Shown: positions 10,355-17,881 of the stretch, piece after piece
Layout of the letters: every line of letters begins with the position of its first letter
Numbering within the stretch: position 1 is the first letter of the stretch
NCBI RefSeq assembly: GCF_000007145.1
Contig: NC_003902.1
Location: 3,386,497-3,418,496, forward strand
Direction: 5' to 3'
Length of the DNA stretch: 32,000 nucleotides
Origin: Xanthomonas campestris pv. campestris str. ATCC 33913
GTDB taxonomy: Bacteria; Pseudomonadota; Gammaproteobacteria; Xanthomonadales; Xanthomonadaceae
Translations under genes and position numbers: made by a program
Notes under the pieces: model-generated
Database searches by the model: none
The model's input: only the letters and a program-made list of their open reading frames with translations
Told to the model about the DNA's origin: nothing

Positions 10355-10836
10355 GAGGTGGCAAATGCGCACTGGCGAATGTGCAAAACGCTGTAGGCAT
10401 CGCGTGGAGCGATTGCGCCGATGGGTCCGGCCGCGTTTTGTCTCAGAGAGATGCAGGCTTGTTGCACAGCGTCTCTGCGAGCGGATTGTGCTTCGCCACT
10501 GTTGTCTCTGGAGCCTGGCGAACGAGTGCTTGCCGCGCGCAAGAGAGCAATCGTCATTGCACCTGCGCTACCGCGCTGATTGGCCTGGCTGTGCATCGCT
10601 GCGGAGGTCACTTGGCACCCTGCACAATCTCGTTCGGCGCAACGGGAGGTGATCTCTTTCCACTTCTAGCGCTGGCGTCGCCAGGCAGCAGCACAGCGCC
10701 CTACCCGAGCGCCAACGGAAGACACGCTGGAACGCGCCCAGCAAACCGACGATGCGCTGCCAAACTCCCGCCTAACGTGCCCTGCACGCCGGTTGCAGCG
10801 CGTCGGCCGCTCACCGCTACCAAAGCAATAGCGACT

Positions 10837-11190
10837 TCAACCCGGCAACCACAGCAGTGCCAATGCAATCAGCGCCGGCAACGCCTGCACGAAGAAGATG
10901 CGGCGATTGACGCTGTAGGCGCCGTAGCAGCCCGCCACCACCACGCAGCCCAGGAAGAAGCCCAGCACGTCGGTGCGGGCCTGCAGCGCGCCCCAGAACA
11001 GGCCGGCGGCAAGGAAGCCGTTGTAGAGCCCTTGGTTGGCCGCGAGCACGCGGGTGGCCTGTGCCTTCTCCGGCGTGTTGCGGAACGTCTTCAGGCCCAG
11101 TGGGCGCGTCCACAGCACCATCTCCAGGACCAGGATGTAGACGTGCAGCAGCGCAACACACAGGCCGGCAACGATGGCAACGATGGACAT
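10837..11190 (-). CDS. DUF1304-family small membrane protein
   Basis: Starting at MSIVAIVAGL gives 117 aa. The LHVYILVLEM...ANQGLYNGFLAAGL pattern and the size fit DUF1304. The track ORF extends to 11223, which is an alternative start. Confidence 0.8.
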   Translation of the reverse strand: MSIVAIVAGLCVALLHVYILVLEMVLWTRPLGLKTFRNTPEKAQATRVLAANQGLYNGFLAAGLFWGALQARTDVLGFFLGCVVVAGCYGAYSVNRRIFFVQALPALIALALLWLPG

Positions 11191-11246
11191 AGGGACTGGC
11201 TCGATCAAGGTAGGCGCCAGCATAGCGGCGATGACTGGCGTGCGGC

Positions 11247-12611
11247 TTACTCGCGGATGCGCCTTGCCGCCGCATCGCGTTCGGCGGGGAGCTTGCGTGC
11301 CTCATGCAGCACGCCCAGGGCGCCCACCGTCATGCCGCATGCGATCAACACGCCCACACCGAAGACCACACTGGAACCGAACGCCGACACCACCTTGTGG
11401 ATCCACACAACGCTCAGATCGCCGCCGCGGTAGACCACGGTGTCGATCGTGGCCCCGGCCTTGTAGCGCCATTCGCGATCGACGCGCGTGTACAGCGTCT
11501 CGCGCGCCGGCTTGGCCAGGGCAAACTCGCTGGAGCGGGTCATCACCTGCACGATCGCCAGCATCATGGGCAACGGTGAAGCAGACAACACGGCGAATCC
11601 GAAGATGATCGCCGCGCCGGGAATCAGCAGCGCGGGTGCAATGCCGAAGCGCGACAACAAGGCCCGCGTGACCAGCAACTGCAGGACCAGCGTGAGCGCA
11701 TTGACCGCCAGATCGATGTTGGCGTAGTAGGCGGTGCTCGCTGCCGCATCGGTATACAGGCGCCGCACCAGCGCGGCCTGCTCGTTGTACAGCAGCGTGC
11801 CAACGCCCACACCAAACACCACCATGACCGCGAGCCAGCGCAGCAGCGGCTCGCGCACGATCAGCTTCAGCCCGCCCAACACGTCGCCGCCCATCGGCAC
11901 TTCGCCGGAGGTCACCTGGCGCTCCTGCTCGCGTGCGACCGCCCACAGGCGCAGGCGCAAGAGGCATACCACGCACATCCCCAGAAAGCCGGCCGACACC
12001 AGCATCAAGTGCGCAATGCCGATCCGCTCCACCAGGGTGCGGGTGAGGATCGGCCCCAGGAACGCGCCGATGGTGCCGGCCGCACCGATATAGCCGTAAT
12101 AGCTGCGCGCCTCCGCATTGCTGAAGACATCGGCCATGAAGCTCCAGAACACTGCCACGGCGAACAGGTTGAACACCCCCGTCCACAGGAAGAACGCCAT
12201 TCCGCGCCCGGGCACACCGGTGTCGAACAGCACATAGAACAGCAGCAGCGTGGCGATAAAGAAGCCGTATACCACCGGCAGAAATACGCGGCGCGGGTAG
12301 CGGCTCACCAGGGCCCCGTAGATCGGTTGCAAAAGCAGGGTGATCAAAAAGGTGCAGGTAAACAGCACCTGCAAGGTGAAGTCCTTCAGCGGCATGCCGT
12401 GTGCACCGAAGAACGCGATCATGCCGGCCGGAAAAATTGCCGCCACATCCGCCGATGCACCCATCGCTTCGCGCACGGGGCGCAGCACGTAGTAGCCGCT
12501 GAGCAGGCAGAAGAAGTACAGGAACGACCACGCCAACGGCGGGGAACTGCGCAAAGCACCCGCCAGGTGGGCCACCGATCGACGCGAAGATGACTGGCCG
12601 TTCATCGGCAT
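11247..12611 (-). CDS. MFS-type transporter, about 12 TM, with an N-terminal YYVLRPVRE motif
   Basis: Hydrophobic helices run throughout. Likely starts are MPMNGQ (12611) or MNGQ (12605). The FFCLLSGYYVLRPVREAMG motif recalls the Npt/TLC-like subgroup of MFS proteins, but that is from memory and is not verified. Confidence 0.85.
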   Translation of the reverse strand: MPMNGQSSSRRSVAHLAGALRSSPPLAWSFLYFFCLLSGYYVLRPVREAMGASADVAAIFPAGMIAFFGAHGMPLKDFTLQVLFTCTFLITLLLQPIYGALVSRYPRRVFLPVVYGFFIATLLLFYVLFDTGVPGRGMAFFLWTGVFNLFAVAVFWSFMADVFSNAEARSYYGYIGAAGTIGAFLGPILTRTLVERIGIAHLMLVSAGFLGMCVVCLLRLRLWAVAREQERQVTSGEVPMGGDVLGGLKLIVREPLLRWLAVMVVFGVGVGTLLYNEQAALVRRLYTDAAASTAYYANIDLAVNALTLVLQLLVTRALLSRFGIAPALLIPGAAIIFGFAVLSASPLPMMLAIVQVMTRSSEFALAKPARETLYTRVDREWRYKAGATIDTVVYRGGDLSVVWIHKVVSAFGSSVVFGVGVLIACGMTVGALGVLHEARKLPAERDAAARRIRE

Positions 12612-12950
12612 GACAGCGCTCGGTGCGGCGAGCTCGACAACAAGACCATGACAGCGCAGCGCCCGCAGGAAAGCGCGCAAGTTAGCCGATGCACGCGTTC
12701 GCAGCCAGCGGCGCCAAGCACTTGCGCGGTTTTAACGGTCCTGGCGAGGCCTGCTCGGCACCTGGGCACGCGGCTTGCAGCTGCCTGATCGTGGCGTCTG
12801 CATGCCCGCCCAGGCGCGCTGCATGCGGGCTTTTTCACAAGCAGAATCATCAATAGGATCAATACGATGCCCATTCATCTTCCGGCAGTTTGTGCTATTG
12901 CAAAGCGCGGCGCTAGAATCGCCGGAGGCAGTGGAACAGGCGGGAACACC

Positions 12951-14330
12951 ATGACAGAAATACGCAGGCGCCGACGGTTCCGTCCGTTGGCCGTTGGGCT
13001 GTTCGGGGCATTGCTGCCTCTGGCGCTTTCTTCCACCGCGCAGACCCCTGCCCTGACTGCCAATAGCTTGCAGCCGGCGACCGCCGCGCAGTCGCCCACT
13101 GCTCCGTTGCCTTACCGCACGTCGCTGCCTGCCAGCAGCGTGCTGGCGCCTGCCGCTGGCTTCGATGTGCCTTCGTTCGAGTCGATGGCCGACCAGCTCA
13201 CCTACGGCAACCGCGTACCTGGCATGGCGATGGCCATCGTGCAGGGCGGCAAGGTGCTCAGCGCGCGCGGCTATGGCGTCACCGACGTCAATCATCCGCA
13301 GCCTGTCGACGGCCACACCGTGTTCCGGCTGGCGTCGTTGTCCAAGGCATTTGCCGGCACCATGGCCGGGCTGCTGGTCAACGACGGCGTGCTGCGCTGG
13401 GACAGCAAGGTGGTGGACTACGTCCCCGGCTTCCAGCTCAGCGACTCCACTGCCACCCGTCAGCTCACCGTAGCCGAAGTCCTCAGCCACCGCGTCGGCC
13501 TGACCCGCAACGCCTACGACCGCGACATCGAATCCAACGCCGACTACTACTCGCTCAGCCACAAGCTGGCAGCCGCGCCACTGCGCTGCGCGCCTGGCGA
13601 TTGCTATGCCTACCAGAACGTCGCCTTCAGCCTGGTCGGTGATGTGGTGTTCGCGGCATCGGGCAGCTTCTATGAGCAATCAGTGGAGCGCCGCATCTTC
13701 AAGCCGCTGGGCATGAACGATGCCAGCATGGGCCTGGCCGGTATCCAGGCCAGCCCGCATTGGGCACGCCCGCATGTGCGCAGCCGCAATGGCTGGGTGT
13801 CGCTGACGCCCAAGCCGACCTACTACCGCCTGGCACCGGCCGCCGGCGTCAATGCCAGCGCCAGCGACATGGCGCAGTGGCTGCTCGCCCACACCGGGCA
13901 TCGCACCGACGTCCTGCCTGCGCCGCTGCTGGCGACATTGCACGCACCGCTGATCTCCACACCGGGCGAAATGCGCTCGGGCTGGCGCCACGAGCGCGTG
14001 GACGCAGCCAGCTATGCACTGGGCTGGCGCGTGTTCGACTACGCCGGGCATCAGGTGATCTTCCACGCCGGCGCCGTGCAGGGCTATCGCGGCCTGGTGG
14101 CGTTGCTGCCCGAACGCGACCTCGGCATTGCCATCATGTGGAACGGCGAAAGCGGCCTGCCCTCGGGCATGCTGCCGACCATCCTGGATCGCGCGCTTGG
14201 CCTGCCGGCCAAGCGTTGGCTGGATATCGATGTGGACGGCGACTTCGGCAGCGAGAACATGCTGGCCGAGCGTCCGGATCCTGCCGGTAAGGGCGCCTCG
14301 TCCGGCAAGTCGGTGGCATCGCCGCGCTGA
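12951..14330 (+). CDS. Serine hydrolase of the beta-lactamase / penicillin-binding (class C-like, EstB-like) family, secreted
   Basis: The ATG at 12951 (MTEIRRRRRFRPLAVGLFGALLPLALSSTAQ) gives a signal peptide. SxxK is present as FRLASLSKAF, a YxN-like YAYQN is present, and HAGAVQGY sits in the KTG-box position. Confidence 0.88.
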   Translation: MTEIRRRRRFRPLAVGLFGALLPLALSSTAQTPALTANSLQPATAAQSPTAPLPYRTSLPASSVLAPAAGFDVPSFESMADQLTYGNRVPGMAMAIVQGGKVLSARGYGVTDVNHPQPVDGHTVFRLASLSKAFAGTMAGLLVNDGVLRWDSKVVDYVPGFQLSDSTATRQLTVAEVLSHRVGLTRNAYDRDIESNADYYSLSHKLAAAPLRCAPGDCYAYQNVAFSLVGDVVFAASGSFYEQSVERRIFKPLGMNDASMGLAGIQASPHWARPHVRSRNGWVSLTPKPTYYRLAPAAGVNASASDMAQWLLAHTGHRTDVLPAPLLATLHAPLISTPGEMRSGWRHERVDAASYALGWRVFDYAGHQVIFHAGAVQGYRGLVALLPERDLGIAIMWNGESGLPSGMLPTILDRALGLPAKRWLDIDVDGDFGSENMLAERPDPAGKGASSGKSVASPR

Positions 14331-14357
14331 CCTGGTGGCTGGATAACGCATAGATCG

Positions 14358-14384
14358 AAAGGCGGCTTCGGCCGCCTTTTTTGT
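14358..14384 (+). terminator. Rho-independent terminator
   Basis: AAAGGCGGC-TTCG-GCCGCCTTTTTTG: a GC stem, a tetraloop and a T6 run. Confidence 0.85.
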
Positions 14385-14961
14385 TGCCTTGTTGGGAGGC
14401 GGTGCGATGGATTTCGTGGCAGCCGATCGCTGGCGCTCAGAAGTGGTGCACCAGTGCCTACATGCACGTACGTGGCTGAGGTGCCTGAGGTGCGATGCCA
14501 GCCACGGCAAGTGAAGTTGCCGAGCTGGTAGGTGATGCCGTGTCGCTATGCATCCTCGGTAGCCGTGCCTGCAGGATTGGATGGCGGCAGCAGCGGAGGT
14601 CGGGTGAAGCATTACTCCATATTGAAATCGGGGGTGTCTTGGTCCTTGATGCTCGGCGTCGGAACTGTTGGTCATCGGCTGGCTGCCAATGCTCCCTGGA
14701 AGACTGCGCAGCGGCATCCGCAAAACCCACGACTAGCGACTGGCCTCAGCAGTAGCACATCCCGCAAACAGCCTTGATTGCTTGTCCGCTCGAGAGCGGT
14801 CCGATGCCGGTTGGCAGCACGAACGCTGGCCAGACGTGATGCGTCACGACGATCTTGCTGTATTTACATACCTGGTAACCAGCAAGCGCTCAGTGCTTTG
14901 CACTCGGCCAAGCGAGCCTGCGCCACTGATGCCTTTAAGAGCGTGCTGATCGGCACGCTCG

Positions 14962-15175
14962 GTACCGGCTGGCCACTAGCAGCCACCTCCCGAAGCTCAT
15001 GTTGGCCTGCCACTGGCAGATAGCTCAAAGCCCGTACCGGCTGACCACTGGCAGACAGATGACGAGGCTTGTGTCGTTGGCCTTTGGCAGACAGATTCCG
15101 GGGTTGGTGATGGACAGCCACTGGCGGGCAGACCCCGAAGCTCGTGTTGCTGCGAACAGATTCCGCGCCTGATGC
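14962..15175. repeat. Degenerate tandem array, period about 36 bp, core CCACTGGCAGA, 5-6 copies
   Basis: Cores lie at 14973 (CCACTAGCAGC), 15010 (CCACTGGCAGA), 15045 (CCACTGGCAGA), 15081 (CCTTTGGCAGA) and 15118 (CCACTGGCGGGCAGA), giving spacings of 37/35/36/37. Higher-order similarity also occurs: GTACCGGCTGRCCACT at 14962 and 15034, GTTGGCCT at 15001 and 15076, and CCCGAAGCTCRTGTTG at about 14989 and 15134. Confidence 0.6.
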
Positions 15176-15758
15176 TGGAAGGAAGATGCCAATGCCCGCT
15201 AGGTAGTGGCGGCGTCACAGCGATGTGCAGGCGGATGCACATCGAGCACTTAGAAAACGACGCCGGTGATGCGATCGGCGGATCGACTCGGGCGATCCAC
15301 AGCGACTGCAAGGAAGTCGCAGGGGTGGTGCCCAAACTAAGCTGGAGATCGGTCGCTGCAACTACACCTAAGACTAAGAGCTAGCCGCTGGTGATGGGCG
15401 ATACAGCCGACGCGGAGAAACTCGGCGGTCATTGGTCGGTCCAGTAAAGTACCGCGTCGAGCTGTCGGCAGGCGTGGCTATGGCACCTTGTCGGCTGTGG
15501 AACGCAGCCTGCAAGCCCGAGGTGCTCCTCCGTCCCTGGGCTGCAGCCCGTGGCATAGGGCGCGACGTCCTGCGCCGGCTGGGCCTGGAACAGGCCGCAC
15601 TTGCGCCCTAACGTACTGCCCGCTGCCCTATTGCGCTGCCGATTCGCAGTGTACGAACCCGAGAACCCACAAGCGCGTGCTCCAGCCGCCTGCATCCATC
15701 CGCCGCGTCGGCGACGATGCTCTGCCGCGGCAATCCGCCCAACTACATCCGCCTCAAT

Positions 15759-15798
15759 AAAAAAGCTCCCTCCCCGCTGGGCGTCGGGGAGAGAGCTC
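15759..15798 (-). terminator. Rho-independent terminator of the histone-like gene
   Basis: The minus strand reads GCTCTCTCCCCGACGCCCAGCGGGGAGGGAGC followed by TTTTTTATT. Confidence 0.8.
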
Positions 15799-15826
15799 GA
15801 TGTTTACGGCGATCGGGTGTTACAAA

Positions 15827-16297
15827 TCAGATCAGCGGTGCCGGGGTTGCGGGCAGCGCGACCGGAGCGGCCTTCTTCTTGCGAGCGGCCGGCTTCTTCT
15901 TGGCGACCTTCTTCACAGCAGGCTTCTTGGCAGCAGACTTCTTGGTGGCGGACTTCTTGGTCGCCTTCTTCGGAGCTGCCTTCTTGGCGGTCTTCTTGAC
16001 GGCCTTCTTGGCGGCAGTCTTCTTGGTCGCCTTCTTTGCAGTCTTCTTCACTGCCTTCTTGGCGGCAGTCTTCTTGGTTGCCTTCTTCGCAGTCTTCTTG
16101 ACGGCCTTCTTGGCAGCAGTCTTCTTGGTTGCCTTCTTTGCAGTCTTCTTGACGGCCTTCTTGGCGGCGGTCTTCTTCACTGCCTTCTTGGCGGTCGCCT
16201 TCTTCGCGACCTTCTTGACGGCCTTCTTGGCGGCAGTCTTCTTCACTGCCTTCTTGGCGGTGGGTTTCTTTTTCGCAGCTTTTTTAGTGGTGGCCAT
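15827..16297 (-). CDS. Histone H1-like / AlgP-like Lys-Ala-rich repeat protein (probable nucleoid-associated DNA binder)
   Basis: 156 aa: MATTKKAAKKKPTAKKAVKKTAAKKAVKK...PATPAPLI. It is almost entirely K/A/T/V with KKAVKKTAKKATKKTAA repeats. GAGGAG lies 9 nt upstream of the ATG and a terminator lies downstream. The plus-strand mirror ORF (15717-16319, Phe/Leu/Ala-rich) has neither signal. Confidence 0.85.
   Translation of the reverse strand: MATTKKAAKKKPTAKKAVKKTAAKKAVKKVAKKATAKKAVKKTAAKKAVKKTAKKATKKTAAKKAVKKTAKKATKKTAAKKAVKKTAKKATKKTAAKKAVKKTAKKAAPKKATKKSATKKSAAKKPAVKKVAKKKPAARKKKAAPVALPATPAPLI
15991..16143. repeat. Three near-perfect 51-bp tandem repeats inside the histone-like CDS (17-aa units)
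   Basis: The units are 15991-16041, 16042-16092 and 16093-16143, and they differ at only a few positions. Related 24/27-bp sub-units extend across about 15880-16260. Confidence 0.9.
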
Positions 16298-16592
16298 GTG
16301 TTTGGCTCCTCGTCAGTGAACTATGGAGTTGGAAAACGCCCAGTTGAAGCAAACCCCGTGACGGCATGCCGTCGTCGGGAACCGTCCGCAGGTGATGCGC
16401 GACGGGACGGATACAGAAACACCCGCATCGAACGGCGACACGGGTGCGTGATCGGAACGACCGCTGCGTTTTTTTTGGAGAGAAGCGAACCCGACTCCAC
16501 CGTTGATGGTGCTTCGGTGGACATCTGGAACAAGCGTGTCGGCCTGATGTCGATTCTGCTCACTCTCTTCCGCAGCAATGTCTGCTGGGCGA

Positions 16593-16644
16593 AACCTAAT
16601 CACGCTTTTTTTTACTGTCAACACTCTTTTGCAAATATTTTTCA
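16593..16644 (-). promoter_or_regulatory. Candidate promoter with an UP-like A/T element, reading toward the histone-like gene
   Basis: The minus strand reads TGAAAAATATTTGCAAAAGAGTG-TTGACA (16621-16616), then 17 nt, then TAGGTT (16598-16593). The -35 is consensus and the -10 is weak. If used, it implies a leader of about 290 nt. Confidence 0.3.
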
Positions 16645-17293
16645 GTCTGGTGTCGCCACGCGTCGGCAAGCGGCGACGCAAACCGGCGTTGCCGGCGATC
16701 ACCAACCCCGCATTCGCACAGACGCTTGCGCAGTGGTTTTTTAAAAAGCACTTCTTTTGCGCTGTTTTTTTCATGCATGCCGTTCAAGCACATACGCAGG
16801 CACTGCGCGCCAGCAACACGACGCGGTGTCTGCGATGACCGCTGCGCCGCCTGTCCGCCAGCTGAAAATTTTTTTGCCGGCGTTGCCGCTTCCGGCGTCG
16901 CACAAGCACAAATGCGCAAACTTCTTGCGCCGTTTTGTACTGCATGCGGTGCGGCACACGCGCACCGATGGAGTCGCATGCGTTGGTTCGCGACATCGGC
17001 AATGGCAGTACGACGACCACTTTTTCACCGAGCGCACGCCAACTCCTCACGAGTGGCTCACGCCAGAATTCCGACGCGACGAAAAACGACCGCACACGCC
17101 TGACCAACAATCGACCGCCCGCATGTAGCGCATCGGCCGACCATCGCCCGTGACGGATGCGACCGCGATGACATCGATTCGGTCGACCACTGCTCCGCGC
17201 GCCGACGCCCTGCACCTGGGCATGCATCACCCCCAGCTAGAAAACGACGGCATGCAGTTCTGTGCTCGGCCGCCGAACCACCGCCCGCCAGGC

Positions 17294-17323
17294 AAAAAAA
17301 ATGGCCGCTCGGATGAGCGGCCA
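17294..17323 (-). terminator. Rho-independent terminator of gcvH
   Basis: The minus strand reads ATGGCCGCTC-ATCC-GAGCGGCCAT followed by T8. Confidence 0.85.
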
Positions 17324-17346
17324 TCGGGATGCAGCAGGCGGCGCGA

Positions 17347-17742
17347 TCAGTGCGCGTCGTCTTCCAGCAGCTCGGCGTAATCGTCCGGGGCCAGCAGTTC
17401 GTTGAGCTGTTCCTTGTCGTCGATCTCCACCACGAAGATCCAGCCTTCGCCGTACGCGTCTTCATTGATGGTTTCCGGCTTGTCGCTCAGCGAGGCATTG
17501 ACCTCGACGACCGTGCCGGTGACCGGGCTGTAGACGTCGGAGGCGGCCTTGACCGACTCCACCACCGCAGCGCCGTTGCCAGCCTGGACGGTGTCGCCAA
17601 CGGCTGGCAGTTCGACGTAGACCAGGTCACCCAGCAAGCCTTGCGCGTGGTCGGAGATACCGACGGTGACGCGGCCATTGCCTTCGACGCGGGCCCACTC
17701 GTGGGATTTGAGGAACTTGAGGTCGCCAGGGATCTCGCTCAT
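17347..17742 (-). CDS. gcvH: Glycine cleavage system protein H
   Basis: Starting at [21 protein letters not shown] gives 131 aa. The lipoyl-lysine motif VESVKAASD is present, and GGAG lies upstream of the ATG at 17742. Confidence 0.95.
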   Translation of the reverse strand: MSEIPGDLKFLKSHEWARVEGNGRVTVGISDHAQGLLGDLVYVELPAVGDTVQAGNGAAVVESVKAASDVYSPVTGTVVEVNASLSDKPETINEDAYGEGWIFVVEIDDKEQLNELLAPDDYAELLEDDAH

Positions 17743-17881
17743 GGGTGTGCTCCGGGAAAACGTAGGGTTCGGGGACAAGGCGCTAGTTTAACCAAGGCCG
17801 TGCGTCAGGTGCTGGCATCGCGTGATGGCAATGCCGATGGATCACTGCTGCCGGCCGCGCGAACGACCGGCAGCGGCAGGC

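Noticed and set aside
10294-10356. A 20-codon mini-ORF (MSDSSRSVFATAGSGWPLLF) ending in the second hairpin.
   Set aside because: The purine-rich stretch directly abuts the ATG, which is the wrong spacing for an SD. It is too short to evaluate and there is no supporting signal.
10381-11433. A 350-aa plus-strand ORF spanning the noncoding stretch after fadE.
   Set aside because: It runs antisense through the DUF1304 gene and the 3' end of the MFS gene. It has no RBS and a low-complexity Arg/Ala/Gln composition.
15001-15100. The TGGCAG motifs in the repeat array (and at about 14812) as sigma54 -24/-12 promoters.
   Set aside because: None has a TTGC-like -12 element at the required N5 spacing after TGGCA(C/G).
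14962-15175. Interpreting the 36-bp periodic repeats as a CRISPR array.
   Set aside because: The units abut one another with no unique spacers. The copies are strongly degenerate, and there are no cas genes in the window.
15717-16319. A 200-aa plus-strand Phe/Leu/Ala-rich ORF that looks like a repetitive membrane protein. A 314-aa Leu/Gly ORF at 15800-16744 was also considered.
   Set aside because: Both are mirror or alternate frames of the Lys/Ala repeat gene. Only the minus-strand frame has a GAGGAG RBS at the right distance and a downstream intrinsic terminator.
16313-16774. A 153-aa minus-strand ORF (and 16578-16838 on the plus strand) in the T-tract region.
   Set aside because: Neither has an RBS. 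Codon usage is atypical, and both are driven by homopolymer runs (KKK/FFF). Neither resembles any protein family I know.
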